Below are positions 31,560 through 42,199 of a DNA stretch of 64,000 nucleotides, one piece after another. The notes beneath the pieces are model-generated. The model saw nothing but the letters and a program-made list of their open reading frames with translations. It did not search any database and was not told the origin of the DNA. Both the position numbers and the translations under genes were made by a program. Position 1 is the first letter of the stretch. Every line of letters begins with the position of its first letter. Source of the DNA: Gemmatimonas sp. (GTDB lineage Bacteria; Gemmatimonadota; Gemmatimonadetes; Gemmatimonadales; Gemmatimonadaceae); the NCBI GenBank assembly GCA_965279375.1, contig OZ257156.1:4704001-4768000 (forward strand), read 5' to 3'.

Positions 31560-32957
31560 CTATGCGCCCACCACTTCGAAGGCGGGCGCAGACGGCATTG
31601 ACTTGAAGAAGTGCGTGCGCGCTGTATGCCCGGTTCGCCCTCGCACGTAGCGATCGCGCCAGCTCGACATGAATCGATCGGCCTCGTCGCGACGCACCAT
31701 CGCCCACACGCTGCCGCCAAAACCCGCGCCGAATGCGCTCGATGCGACAGCGCCCAGCTCGTTCGCCAGCGAAACGAGTGCGACGGTGGCCGGGATCTGA
31801 TTGTCGAGCGCACGTTCGGCACCCGCCTGCGACGTTGCCACGAACCGACCGAAGCTCTCGAGATCGCCGGCGGCGAGCGCCTCGGCGGCACCGGGTACCG
31901 ACACAAAGGTCTCTTCGTGAAACTGCCGAACCCGTGCTTCGAGTCGGTCCGCGCGGAACTCGTCGTTCGCGCCTGCGCGCGCAGCATCGATCAAGGCGAG
32001 CGGCGGTTCATGCGACGGCGTACCGCCGGCGGCAGCAATCGTCGCGTCATACAACGTTCGCGCGGTGTCGTTCATGGCGAGATTCCACGCGTCGACGATG
32101 CGATGCGCCGTGCGCGCGACGCGATTGTACCGCTCACGCGCCGCGCCCGTTTTCGCGGCCACGACGCCACTCACGCCAATCACGAACGTGTAGTCGGAAG
32201 GCCACGGCACCGAGCGTTCATGGCGAACCGGCGCCCATCCGAACACGTCGAGCTGCTTGGGCGCGGAACAGAGAATTGCCGTCTGATCCTGCGCGCCGCC
32301 CATCGTCCCTACGCCGCGTTCCCCGCGCAACACACCAAAATCGGCACCGTTCTCCAGCGCACCGACATATCCAGCCAGTTGCACGCGATCAGGAATCGCC
32401 TGTGGCCACAGCTCGTGCGACGGCAAGTCGCTCAGCGCCGCGAACACCACGGCGAGTCCGACGGTCAGCGCGCTCGAACTCGAGACCCCAGCGGCGGAGG
32501 GCAGATTGCTCGCCAGCGCGAGCTGACAGCCCTGCAACTGCTCACCAAAGTTGTGCACCAGTCGTCGCACGACGGTGCGCGGATAGACCGCCCACGGCAA
32601 GCTGCCATGCTGCCCCGGCGCGAACGGTATCGACACCGCTTCGCGCCGCCTCGCATCACGCACGACGAGCGTACGCTCCTCGTGTGGTCGCGCCACGATC
32701 GCGATCCCCCGCTCGACGGTGCACAACAGCGAGCGTCCGCCGGCGTAGTCCACGTGCTTACCCAGCACTTCGATGCGCCCGGGCACGATCCACTCCCGTC
32801 GTCCATCGCGCGGCACATTGCCATCATCCAGCGCGCGGTGCGCTTCGCGCAGCAGCTTGCGATACTGCTCGGCGGCGCGTCCAGCAATGCCCGACGCCTC
32901 GAACGGCACGCGAACCAGTGTGGTATCGAGCCCGGGCAGCAGCACGTTCACCGGCAT
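31560..32957 (-). CDS. Galactokinase-family (GHMP) sugar kinase
   Basis: PGRIEVLGKHVDYAGG, P.AAGVSSSSA, GAGFGGS. Confidence 0.88.
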   Translation of the reverse strand: MPVNVLLPGLDTTLVRVPFEASGIAGRAAEQYRKLLREAHRALDDGNVPRDGRREWIVPGRIEVLGKHVDYAGGRSLLCTVERGIAIVARPHEERTLVVRDARRREAVSIPFAPGQHGSLPWAVYPRTVVRRLVHNFGEQLQGCQLALASNLPSAAGVSSSSALTVGLAVVFAALSDLPSHELWPQAIPDRVQLAGYVGALENGADFGVLRGERGVGTMGGAQDQTAILCSAPKQLDVFGWAPVRHERSVPWPSDYTFVIGVSGVVAAKTGAARERYNRVARTAHRIVDAWNLAMNDTARTLYDATIAAAGGTPSHEPPLALIDAARAGANDEFRADRLEARVRQFHEETFVSVPGAAEALAAGDLESFGRFVATSQAGAERALDNQIPATVALVSLANELGAVASSAFGAGFGGSVWAMVRRDEADRFMSSWRDRYVRGRTGHTARTHFFKSMPSAPAFEVVGA

Positions 32958-32985
32958 GCGCTCACGTTCTCACACACGCTGTCGT

Positions 32986-33798
32986 TCACGGCCGCGGCTC
33001 CAGGTGCGCGAGCTGCGCAACGACCGACGGGATATCCGAGCGACGCGAGAGATCCAGCACCGCAGCCGACATGCGGATCGCCGACACGTGCACGCCCTCC
33101 TGAATCGCGAGACCGACAGCCTCGGGCAGCTCGAATTCGCCGCGCGCGGACTTGGGCACGCGACGACACGCATCCACCAGCGCCGGCGTGATCGCCCAGC
33201 AGTTCATCCCCACCCAACGAGCCGCCGGCGATGAAAGATCGAGCGACGCCCCCGGCTTCTCGATGATGCCGCGCAAGCGATCGGCGTCATCAACATCCAG
33301 CACGGCAAACGACCGCACGCGTTCCGCATCGATGTTTCCTTCGCGCACCAACGCGTCGCGATCGAAGGCGATCGTCGCGGCGCGCGACTCGGCGGCCAGC
33401 GCACGCAGTGCGTCCACCGGGTAGTAGTTGTCGGCGTTGAGCACGAGAAACGGCACGTCGCCCGCGACGCGTGCGGCCGCGACGACGGCGTCGGCCGTAC
33501 CCAACGCGTCGTTCTGCACAGCAAAGCGAACAGCAACGCGCTCCGGCGGCGCGTCCACCGTGAAGTACGTGCGAATGGCGTCGTGCTCCGGACCGATCAC
33601 CAGCACCACATCGCGAATGCCGGCATCAGCGAGGGCACTGAGCACGTAGTCGAGAAAGGGACGACGAATCGGAATCATCCCCTTCACGCCGCTGTCTGCC
33701 GCCGCCGATTGCGCACCGTCCAATTGCGCTGCCGCATCTTCCCGACGCATGCGCGAGCCGAGCCCTCGCGCCAGAATCGCTGCGGTGGTGATCCTCAC
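32986..33798 (-). CDS. Sugar-1-phosphate nucleotidyltransferase family protein
   Basis: ILARGLGSRMR, KGMIPI, Q...LGTADAV, LNADN, EKP, SARGEFEL. GTGA overlap start. Confidence 0.85.
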   Translation of the reverse strand: MRITTAAILARGLGSRMRREDAAAQLDGAQSAAADSGVKGMIPIRRPFLDYVLSALADAGIRDVVLVIGPEHDAIRTYFTVDAPPERVAVRFAVQNDALGTADAVVAAARVAGDVPFLVLNADNYYPVDALRALAAESRAATIAFDRDALVREGNIDAERVRSFAVLDVDDADRLRGIIEKPGASLDLSSPAARWVGMNCWAITPALVDACRRVPKSARGEFELPEAVGLAIQEGVHVSAIRMSAAVLDLSRRSDIPSVVAQLAHLEPRP

Positions 33799-35186
33799 GT
33801 GCTCGCTTTCACGCCCATGGCTGCAGGCGCCGATCGCCACGCGCCACGTGTGAAGTCCGGAAACTTCACCGGCGCGCTACCCTTGCGTGCAGACTCTTCG
33901 CTGAGCGGGAACGGCGCGCTCCACGCCGCCGCATCGTACACATCGAAGTCCGGCGCGAGCCCTTCACGCATGCACTGCACCAGACGATACGCCATCACGA
34001 AGTCCATACCGCCATGGCCGCCGTTCTTCCGCGCGAGATCGCCCACAGCGGTCCAGAGAGGATGCTCGTACTTCTTGCCCATATCGGCGAGCGGCGTCCA
34101 CTTCTCACCACCAGCTGCGCCATCGATGTAGAGCCGCGGCGGATAGTCGTTGAAGATCGCCTTGGAGCCCTGCAGGTTGTTGAGCCGCGAGTACGGACGC
34201 GGGTTCACGACATCGTGCTGCAGCAGAATCGTACGTCCCATCGCCGTCTTCACGAGCGACGAGTTCACATCCCCGGCCTTGTACTTCTCCGCCCACTTGG
34301 GATTGTCCTTGGGGACATGCTCTTCGCGCCACTCGGACAAACCCGACTCGGGGGACGCCATCGACACCATATAGTCGAAGCGATCGCCGCGGTGAATGCC
34401 AAGGTACTGCGCCACCGGACCGAGACCGTGCGTCGGATAGAAGTTTGCGTTGCGCTGCGTATGCGGCAGACGACGCCAGAGTCCTTCGTCCTTGTCCTCG
34501 AACAGGATCTCGCGCAGATCGTGCAGATACGCCGCCTCGGCGTGCAGCAGCGTGCCGAACACGCCCTGCCGCACCATCTGCAGCACCGTGAGTTCACTGT
34601 TGCCGTAGCAGCAGTTCTCCATCATCAGGCAGTGGCGGCGCGTCTTCTCCGACGTCTCCACGAGCGCCCAGCAATCCTCCAGCGTCATCGCGATCGTGAC
34701 TTCGCTCCCGACATGCTTGCCGGCACGCATTGCCGCCAGCGACACAGGCGTGTGAAAGAGCCACGGCGTTGCGGTGTACACGAAGTCGATGTCGTTGCGC
34801 TGCACCAGACGTTCGTAGTCGCGCTCACCATTGGTGTAGAGCGCCGGCGCCGGCTGCCCCGCTTTCACCACCATGTCCGATGCGCGCTTGGCCTTCGCTT
34901 CCACGACATCGCACAGCGCGGTGATCTGCACGCCTTCCACGGCGAGAAACTCGCTCAGCATGGAGCGGCCACGCAGCCCCGTGCCCACGATCGCGATGCG
35001 CACCGTCTGGTGCTTCTCGAACGGAACGCCGAGCATCCGTTGGCCATCGCCCACCGGTGGCGCTGTGAGGTCCACGCGCCAGTCGTCGGTGGCAGCGAGC
35101 AGTCGCGCCGGAGTTGCCGTGATTGCACCGGCCGCCAAGGCGGCCGCACCGGACAGCAGATCGCGACGACTCAGACGCTGGCTCAC
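33795..35186 (-). CDS. GH109 NAD+-dependent alpha-N-acetylgalactosaminidase-like protein, Tat-exported
   Basis: Tat motif SRRDLL, GTGLRG, TPW..H, MENCCY, YPTHGLGP, PRPYSR, GGHGGMD, DVYDAAAWS. Confidence 0.88.
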   Translation of the reverse strand: MSQRLSRRDLLSGAAALAAGAITATPARLLAATDDWRVDLTAPPVGDGQRMLGVPFEKHQTVRIAIVGTGLRGRSMLSEFLAVEGVQITALCDVVEAKAKRASDMVVKAGQPAPALYTNGERDYERLVQRNDIDFVYTATPWLFHTPVSLAAMRAGKHVGSEVTIAMTLEDCWALVETSEKTRRHCLMMENCCYGNSELTVLQMVRQGVFGTLLHAEAAYLHDLREILFEDKDEGLWRRLPHTQRNANFYPTHGLGPVAQYLGIHRGDRFDYMVSMASPESGLSEWREEHVPKDNPKWAEKYKAGDVNSSLVKTAMGRTILLQHDVVNPRPYSRLNNLQGSKAIFNDYPPRLYIDGAAGGEKWTPLADMGKKYEHPLWTAVGDLARKNGGHGGMDFVMAYRLVQCMREGLAPDFDVYDAAAWSAPFPLSEESARKGSAPVKFPDFTRGAWRSAPAAMGVKAST

Positions 35187-36172
35187 TTGGCACCTCGAAT
35201 TTCGGAGTGATCACCGATCGTCAGGGATCCGGACATGCCCTCCACGATCACCGCATCGCCGAGGAACGCGTGATGCAGCGTGGAGTCCGTGATCTGGCTC
35301 TTGTCGCCGATGACCGCGTCGCTGATGGTGGAGTTGCGCACCACGCTGCCGGCGCCGAGCGACACGTTTGGCCCGACCGTCGACTGCTCGATCGTGCAGC
35401 CATCCTCGATGTACACCGGTTCGATGATCGTCGCGCCGGCTCCGAGCGATGCCGGCTTCCGCGCACGCCCCTTCTCCAGCATGGTGCGGTTCGTGTCGAG
35501 CAACGTCTCGAGCTGTCCGGCGTCGTACCACCCTTCGACGTCGACCACCTTGATGCGCGCGCCCTTGTCGATCATGTACTGGAACGCATCGGTGAGATAC
35601 CACTCGCCCTTGTGCGGCGTGGTGGTCAGCACGTGATCGATGCCCTCAAAGAGCAGCTTGAAGTTCTTGATGTAGTAGAGCCCGATGTTCGCGCGCTTGG
35701 AGATCGGCGTGCTCGGCTTCTCGACGATCTTCGTCATGAATCCGTCGGCATCGGTGACCACGACGCCAAAGCGCTGGTAGTCCTCGACCTCCTTGGTCCA
35801 GATGATGCCGTCGGCATCCGTGTCCTTCACGATGCTCAGATCCGCGTCGAAGATCGTATCCACGAAGATGATCAGCACCGGCTGGTCGGCGTAGTCACGC
35901 GCGAGCGAAATCGCCCCTGCGGTGCCGTCCTGCACCTTCTGCTCGATGAACACGCTCGGGATGTCGTACGCCTTTCGCACATACGACTCCACCTTTTCCT
36001 TCAGGTGGCCGGTGATGTACACGACCTGTTCGACGTTCCCCAGCTTGAGCACGTCGTCCATCACGTAGCTCATCACCGGACGGCCGGCCACCTTGAGCAT
36101 CGGCTTCGGAACCACGTGCGTGTGCGGGCGAAGGCGCGTCCCTTTCCCGGCGAGCGGAATAATGACTTTCAT
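35183..36172 (-). CDS. Sugar-phosphate nucleotidyltransferase (RmlA/GlmU-like, C-terminal beta-helix)
   Basis: IIPLAGKGTRLRPHT..VPKPM, FGVV, VEKP, E.YLTDA, W.DAG, hexapeptide tail. Confidence 0.9.
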   Translation of the reverse strand: MKVIIPLAGKGTRLRPHTHVVPKPMLKVAGRPVMSYVMDDVLKLGNVEQVVYITGHLKEKVESYVRKAYDIPSVFIEQKVQDGTAGAISLARDYADQPVLIIFVDTIFDADLSIVKDTDADGIIWTKEVEDYQRFGVVVTDADGFMTKIVEKPSTPISKRANIGLYYIKNFKLLFEGIDHVLTTTPHKGEWYLTDAFQYMIDKGARIKVVDVEGWYDAGQLETLLDTNRTMLEKGRARKPASLGAGATIIEPVYIEDGCTIEQSTVGPNVSLGAGSVVRNSTISDAVIGDKSQITDSTLHHAFLGDAVIVEGMSGSLTIGDHSEIRGAK

Positions 36173-36356
36173 GGGCAGAATTGATTCGTGGCAACGATGT
36201 CGCGGATGGCACGAATGGCCGCGCGACGAGGCGGGGAAGCACACTCCAAAAATGCAGCGCGGCGACAGCCCCGGGGAGGGGATATCGCCGATCAATCATC
36301 CAAGCTGACGCATGCAGCCGAACGACGTCACGGGTGACGCCGTTGCACGTACCGCA

Positions 36357-36734
36357 TCAGGGCGCGCTGGTCCCTTCGCGACCGTACCGATCCTTGATCC
36401 GCACCACGTCGTCCAACTCCGGCGTACTGGCCTCGAGCACGTCGCAATCGGTCACGGCCTCCATGTAGTGGATCGTGCCCGGCGTGATACGAAACGACTG
36501 CCCGGCCACCAGACGCTGGTCCCGTAGCTGATCGTCGCCCGGGAGCTGCACCCAGTAGTTCATCTCGCCCGTGAGCAGGTACACGGTCTCGTCCTTGCGC
36601 TCGTGATACTGCACCGAGAGCGCATGGCCGGCCGTGATATGGAGAATCTTCCCGACGTAGCGATCCGTGTGCGCCCAGATCGTTTCGTGTCCCCACGGCT
36701 TCGGAACATGCGTCACATCAACCCGACCACTCAT
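36357..36734 (-). CDS. Cupin-domain protein (type II mannose-6-P isomerase-like)
   Basis: KPWGHE, LSVQYHERKDET, EASTPELDDVVR..DRYGR. Confidence 0.85.
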   Translation of the reverse strand: MSGRVDVTHVPKPWGHETIWAHTDRYVGKILHITAGHALSVQYHERKDETVYLLTGEMNYWVQLPGDDQLRDQRLVAGQSFRITPGTIHYMEAVTDCDVLEASTPELDDVVRIKDRYGREGTSAP

Positions 36735-36839
36735 GCCAGCACCTCAAGATTGAAATAGGCCACGCCGTCAACACATTCCGACGGTCGCGCACCACCTGTC
36801 GTCACATCGAGTACTCCGAAACCCGGCCTTCCCGCTCCG

Positions 36840-38951
36840 TCAGCGCTTGCCAAGCGAGAGGCGATAGTACGACGCAAAGGGACTGTCGGTGTTGCCATAA
36901 GGATCGAGCCAGATCGCGTCGGGCTCGGCGGTGACCCGCACCGAAATCTGCTGGACATCCTGACGCGCGTCCCCGCGAACGATCGTCCATCCTTCCGCCG
37001 TTCGCACCCCCACCGGCATCGGATGCCGATACGCGCCCGGTACCCGCGAGAGCTGTGCCGTCACCACCCAGCCGTCGCCGTCCTTGCGGACCGTTGGCGT
37101 CCGAAGCCGATAGTCGATCACGCCGGTTGTGCTGACCCACTGATCGAAGAACCACCCCAGCGACCGCTTCGACACACGTTCGGCGGCACTTTGCATCGCC
37201 CACCGATCGACGTGGCGAAACTGCCAGCGCGCGTAGTAGTCGCGGAGAAAACTCTGGAAGTCCTCTTCGCCCAACAGGTCGTGCAGCGCCTGGTACATCG
37301 ACTGCGCCCGGTCATAGACCATGTCGTTGTATGTCGGGAACGATCGGAAGAGATCGGCGCGCGTGCCGATCGGCTCCGCACTCCCCTCGCGCACGAGCCG
37401 CCCCTGCACCGCCGTGATCGAATCGAGATGCTGCCGCAGCGCGGCCACGGCGGCACTGGCCGGGCGCGACGGATCACGGTCGTTGCTCATCGCCAGACGC
37501 GCCGCCAGCAGCACGCGCGACTGCCCCTGCTGGAGCGCCGTTTGATACGAGGTCAGCCCCTCGTCCATCCACGCCGACTGCCACTCGTTGTTGGCGAGAA
37601 TGCCGAAAGTGAAAATGTGCCCTACTTCGTGCAGCGTCAGGTCCAACGACGCCGAACCGTTGTCCACGAGCATCGGGAATTCCGTGCCGCCGCCGTCGAT
37701 GCGCTTGAGGATTGTCAACTGCGGATACGGATAGTCGCCATACAGCGCTTCGAGCCACCGCAGCGATTGCATCGCATAGCGCAGCGCCTTGCCACCTTCC
37801 CACTGCGTCTTGGACGAATCGATGCACGCATCCACGAGACGCGTATAGCGCACACTGTCGTTCCACAGCGCGTTGTAGGCGCGCGGGCAATCGTCCGTCG
37901 CGTCCACGCGATACAGCGTATGCACGGACACGGTATCCCAGATCGGGAAGCGCCACGCTTCCGCCGGTGGACGCACATACGACGCGCCCTCATAGCGAAA
38001 GCCCGGTGACACACTCCACGCGAAGTGGTGCACATCACGCGCATAGAAGCGCACCGCCCGATACCCATTGCCCGGCGCGACCTTGGGACCCTCCGGCAGG
38101 TTGCGATACGCGTTCGCAGCAAGACGCGGCCGCTCGCTCCCCGGCGTCATCACACGCGCCCACCCCGGATCACCGCTCACCGGCACGCCCGTGGCGCCCA
38201 CCACTTCGTCGTTGGGGAGCACCAACGTCACGTCGAACGAGCCGAACTCCCCATAGAACTCGCCGGCCGGCACCAGCGCGTTCGGATGCCATCCGGCGCG
38301 GTCATACACCGCCACCTTGGGAAACCACTGCGAGAAGTCGTAGCTGCGTCCACGCCGTCCCTGCCGACGCGCCACCGTGGACGGGCGCGCCTCCCACGCA
38401 AACGTCACCGTGATCGAGTCGCCGGGGGCCAACGGCGTAGGCAACGTCAGCCGCACTACGGAGCTGTCGGGTGCAATCGGATAGTCCGGCAGCACGGCCG
38501 TGTTGCCGATGCGCGGTGCCGCCGTGAAACGCTCGTACGCGAAATCCGGCTCGGCCAACTTCTGAAAGCGCTGCCGCCCTTCGCGTTCGTCCGTCGCCGA
38601 CCAGCGCGATTCCGGACGGAACGCATTGAGATGCTGATGCAACCACAGCTCACGCAGGACATCCGGGCTGTGATTCACGTAGCGCAGCGTCCCCGACGCG
38701 CGAATGCCACCCATGCGCTCGTCGAGCGTGGCGACGATCGTGTAGTCGGCACGCTGCTGCCAGTAGCCCGTGGTGTCGCCACCGCGCGGCGACGTGGACG
38801 GTGCCGTGGGAATGCGCGGCGCGGTCGGCCCTTGCCCCGGCAACGGCGCGCGCTGCGCCATCGCGTGCGGCGCCAGCGCGACGAGAGGCAGCAGCAACGC
38901 CATCGCCTGCAGCAGCGCTCGGTGCGGCGCGAATTCGAATCGGCGGGTCAT
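36840..38951 (-). CDS. M1-family metallopeptidase, exported
   Basis: Signal peptide, YWQQRADY, GGTEFP (GxMEN-like), HEVGH...WMDEG. Confidence 0.88.
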   Translation of the reverse strand: MTRRFEFAPHRALLQAMALLLPLVALAPHAMAQRAPLPGQGPTAPRIPTAPSTSPRGGDTTGYWQQRADYTIVATLDERMGGIRASGTLRYVNHSPDVLRELWLHQHLNAFRPESRWSATDEREGRQRFQKLAEPDFAYERFTAAPRIGNTAVLPDYPIAPDSSVVRLTLPTPLAPGDSITVTFAWEARPSTVARRQGRRGRSYDFSQWFPKVAVYDRAGWHPNALVPAGEFYGEFGSFDVTLVLPNDEVVGATGVPVSGDPGWARVMTPGSERPRLAANAYRNLPEGPKVAPGNGYRAVRFYARDVHHFAWSVSPGFRYEGASYVRPPAEAWRFPIWDTVSVHTLYRVDATDDCPRAYNALWNDSVRYTRLVDACIDSSKTQWEGGKALRYAMQSLRWLEALYGDYPYPQLTILKRIDGGGTEFPMLVDNGSASLDLTLHEVGHIFTFGILANNEWQSAWMDEGLTSYQTALQQGQSRVLLAARLAMSNDRDPSRPASAAVAALRQHLDSITAVQGRLVREGSAEPIGTRADLFRSFPTYNDMVYDRAQSMYQALHDLLGEEDFQSFLRDYYARWQFRHVDRWAMQSAAERVSKRSLGWFFDQWVSTTGVIDYRLRTPTVRKDGDGWVVTAQLSRVPGAYRHPMPVGVRTAEGWTIVRGDARQDVQQISVRVTAEPDAIWLDPYGNTDSPFASYYRLSLGKR

Positions 38952-39114
38952 CGCAGGAACGTAAGGATCGGGAGGGAGGAGGCAACATGCGCGGCGCGAT
39001 CACGCTCGGACGCGCGCATACATGCACATACACGAAGGGCGCGGCTGCCCGCTGGCAACCGCGCCCCTGGCGCATGCGAGATCAACAAGTCTTCAGCAGA
39101 GACTCAGCTGACGA

Positions 39115-39672
39115 TCAACCAACCGGACGGGTGAGCATCTTGCGACGCAGCATGCCCAGCCGGCGACGGAGCGAGCCATCCATCACCGTGTCGCCCAGCC
39201 GCACCACGACGCCGCCGAGGATCGACGCGTCCACCGCAACGTGCGGCACGACCGTCTTGCCGACGACCTTGGAGAGCTGCGCAGCGATGCTGTCGCGCTC
39301 TTCGTCCGCGATCGCCTTGGCGACGGTGACCTTGGCGTGCACGATGCCGTTGGAGGCATCGAGCAGCGTGTCGTATTCGTCGGCGATGTCCGGAATCAGC
39401 ATCTGGCGACGGTTGTGCACGAGCGTCACCAGGAACTTCATGAACATGCGCGGCACGCGGTCGCCGAGTGCGCGCGTCAGCACCAGCGTCTTCTGCTCGG
39501 TGGCGATGCGCGGCGACTCGAGGAACTTGAAGAGCGTGACATCGGTCGACATCGCGCTCGCCACCTGGCGCAGCATGACACCCCAGCCCGCGGCATCGTC
39601 AGCGCGACGGCCGAGCGTCAGCAGCGTTTCCGCGTAGTTGCGGGCAACCGTTTCGCCCTGACCGGCGCTCAT
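39115..39672 (-). CDS. atpH: ATP synthase subunit delta
   Basis: VARNYAETL, FL.SPRI, VDASILGGVVVRLGD.VMDGS. Confidence 0.95.
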   Translation of the reverse strand: MSAGQGETVARNYAETLLTLGRRADDAAGWGVMLRQVASAMSTDVTLFKFLESPRIATEQKTLVLTRALGDRVPRMFMKFLVTLVHNRRQMLIPDIADEYDTLLDASNGIVHAKVTVAKAIADEERDSIAAQLSKVVGKTVVPHVAVDASILGGVVVRLGDTVMDGSLRRRLGMLRRKMLTRPVG

Positions 39673-40319
39673 CCGCGGACGCCCTTCGCCCCGTCCAGCG
39701 AGGTCAGGAACGTCTCGACGATGCGGCGGTTGTTCGCCGAGTCGAGGTTCTGCTCGATGACACGCGACGCACCGGCGATCGCGAGATCAACCGCTTCGTT
39801 GCGCAGGCTGGCGATCGCGGCGGACTTCTCGCCTTCGATCACGCGACGCGCCTGCTCGATCATCTCTTCCTGCTGCGACTTCGTCTGCGCGAGCATGTCG
39901 GCGCGCATCTTCTCGGCGACCGCGCGACCATCGGCGATCAGCTTCTGCGCTTCGCCGCGCCCGGACTCGAGCTGCGTGCGATGCTGCGCGAGGAGTTCAG
40001 CGGCTTCGGCACGATCACGCTTGGCGCCGTCGATCGCATCTTCGAGCGCCTTTTCGCGCGCTTCGACCGCGGCGAACAGCGGCTTGAAGGCGAACTTGGA
40101 GAGGACGACGCAGAGCAGCACGAAGACGATCAGCGTCCAGAACATCAGCCCGGCCTTGGGCTCCAGCAAATTCACCGGACCGGTCGACGGCTCGTTGGCC
40201 AGCGCCGGGGCGGCAGACAGCGTGATCGTCGCGCCGAGGGCGGCGACACGGAACAGCGAGGCGCGGAACGCCGAGGCGCCGAAGCGCGAATCGCGAATGC
40301 GCGAGAGCAGGACGAGCAT
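39669..40319 (-). CDS. atpF: ATP synthase F0 subunit b with N-terminal extension
   Basis: GLMFWTLIVF..L..VLSKFAFKP followed by a long coiled coil. Start uncertain. Confidence 0.93.
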   Translation of the reverse strand: MLVLLSRIRDSRFGASAFRASLFRVAALGATITLSAAPALANEPSTGPVNLLEPKAGLMFWTLIVFVLLCVVLSKFAFKPLFAAVEAREKALEDAIDGAKRDRAEAAELLAQHRTQLESGRGEAQKLIADGRAVAEKMRADMLAQTKSQQEEMIEQARRVIEGEKSAAIASLRNEAVDLAIAGASRVIEQNLDSANNRRIVETFLTSLDGAKGVRG

Positions 40320-40342
40320 GTGGGATACGCTGGATGTAGTAC

Positions 40343-40370
40343 AGCGGAGCGCCCGGACGGACGCTCCGCT
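40343..40370 (-). promoter_or_regulatory. Stem-loop just downstream of atpE
   Basis: Inverted repeat AGCGGAGCG...CGCTCCGCT in the atpE-atpF spacer. Confidence 0.55.
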
Positions 40371-40385
40371 CGCACAGTGGAACGC

Positions 40386-40664
40386 TTAGAACGTGACCTT
40401 GTTCTGGATCAAGAAGCCGATAACGACGCCGAACAGCGCGGCGCCTTCAACGAGCGCGGCCAGGATGAGCGCCGCGGTCTGAATGCGACCCGCCGCTTCC
40501 GGCTGACGCGCCATGCCTTCCACTGCCGAACCACCGATCTGGCCAATGCCGATACCGGCGCCAATCGCGCCACCCGCGGCGGCAATGCCGGCGCCGATCA
40601 GCGCCATGCCGCGCGCATCCGTGCCCGCAACGGCTGCCTGCAAAAGACCCATCACTTCGACCAT
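40386..40664 (-). CDS. atpE: ATP synthase F0 subunit c
   Basis: GAGIGIG, ARQPE loop, ion-binding Glu in LVEGAALF. Confidence 0.96.
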   Translation of the reverse strand: MVEVMGLLQAAVAGTDARGMALIGAGIAAAGGAIGAGIGIGQIGGSAVEGMARQPEAAGRIQTAALILAALVEGAALFGVVIGFLIQNKVTF

Positions 40665-40826
40665 GAGAAACTCCAAACGTATGCGTTGAGAACTTCGCTC
40701 CTCTGACACAGCGACGGGTCGCTGCATGGCTCGTCCCCGGGCGTGAGCCCAACGAGCCTCACCGGTCACTCAACCGGCTACGTCATCACGTCTGGGAGCA
40801 CCGGACGCGACGTCCTGCAACTGTGG

Positions 40827-41807
40827 TTAATGATGCGCTTCGCGAATCTGGCCGATGAACACGCACGCCAGCAGCGTGAAGATGAAGGCCTGCAAGAAGG
40901 ACACGAACAGTTCCAGCATGCTGATCGCCGTTGCCAACAGCACCGGCACACCGGCCAGCGCCCAGCTCTGGAACGTGAAGATCAGACCGATGATCGCCAG
41001 CAACACGATGTGTCCCGCCGTCATGTTGGCGAAGAGACGAATCGTCAGCGCGAACGGCTTGGAGATCTTGCCCACCATTTCGACAGGCGACATCACGAAG
41101 AACATGATGACGCGCATGACGATGGGGAGATCCTTGTTCCAGTAGAAGATCGTGCTCAGATAGCCCAACCCGTTGGCGCGAATGCCGGCGACTTCAACGA
41201 CAATGGCCGTGATGACCGCCAACGTCAGCGTCACCGAGATGTTGCCGGTCGCCGTGGAGCCGTACGGCAGCATGCCGAACAGATTGCACACGAGGATGAA
41301 GAAGAAGAGCGTCAGCGCGAACGGCACGAACGCTTCGCCATGATGGCCAACATTCGGCAGCACGACTTCGTTGCGCAGGTAGAGCGCCATCGCTTCCATC
41401 GTGCCGGCAAATCCGTGCGAGCGCCCCTTGGTCGCATGCTGCTTCTTGCTCGCGGAACCGGCCGAGATGAGCAGCAGCGCGACGATGATCGCCGCCGCCA
41501 CGATGAACACCACGTGCTTCGTGGGCGACAGATCGATTGCCATCCCGCCGATGTGCACCGGCTCCCATTCCGGGAGCTCGATCTCACCGTAGAATGGCGC
41601 CGTGAACGTCGGATACTCGAGATGACGCGAGTCCGTGATGTGCGGCGTGATGATATCCACTGGCCCTGCGGCGGCCGCGTGCGGCGCACTCTGCTCGGCG
41701 GCCTGTTCGACAGGCACGACGGCGGGAACCAGCGTGGAATCCGTCTGCGCCTGCATTGCGGCAGGGGCGACGGCGAGCATAGCGGCGAAACACAACGAAC
41801 GGAGCAT
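40827..41807 (-). CDS. atpB: ATP synthase F0 subunit a with N-terminal extension
   Basis: NLFGMLP, TATGNI, KPFALTIRLFANMTAGH, ELFVSFLQAFIF. Confidence 0.96.
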   Translation of the reverse strand: MLRSLCFAAMLAVAPAAMQAQTDSTLVPAVVPVEQAAEQSAPHAAAAGPVDIITPHITDSRHLEYPTFTAPFYGEIELPEWEPVHIGGMAIDLSPTKHVVFIVAAAIIVALLLISAGSASKKQHATKGRSHGFAGTMEAMALYLRNEVVLPNVGHHGEAFVPFALTLFFFILVCNLFGMLPYGSTATGNISVTLTLAVITAIVVEVAGIRANGLGYLSTIFYWNKDLPIVMRVIMFFVMSPVEMVGKISKPFALTIRLFANMTAGHIVLLAIIGLIFTFQSWALAGVPVLLATAISMLELFVSFLQAFIFTLLACVFIGQIREAHH

Positions 41808-41821
41808 CCCGAGAGTCCGGG

Positions 41822-42199
41822 TCAGGCGTTCAAGAAGAGCGGCTCAACGAGAGTCGAGACGAAAAAGAACATCACCAGCGACAGCAGCGCAGGCGTCAGT
41901 GGCACACCCAACGCTTTCGCACCCAGCAGAGCCCAGAAGGCCACCGTGGCCAACCGCAGCACCACGCCCAATCCCCATCCCGCCATCACGTTCTCGCGCG
42001 CCACCAGCTTCGCGATCGCGAACGTGATCAGCTGCACACACACCGCCAGCCAGGCACTCGCCCGCACAGCACTGGCCGCGGCGGCGTCGGTGAAGACGAA
42101 GCGTTGCAGCAACAGCGACAACAGCACGACCAACACCACCTGGACCACGGTGAAGCGGACCAGCCCTCGCAACAGCCCTGCGGACGCGTTTGCCATCAT
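41822..42199 (-). CDS. AtpI-like 4-TM membrane protein
   Basis: Four hydrophobic helices, directly upstream of atpB. Confidence 0.7.
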   Translation of the reverse strand: MMANASAGLLRGLVRFTVVQVVLVVLLSLLLQRFVFTDAAAASAVRASAWLAVCVQLITFAIAKLVARENVMAGWGLGVVLRLATVAFWALLGAKALGVPLTPALLSLVMFFFVSTLVEPLFLNA

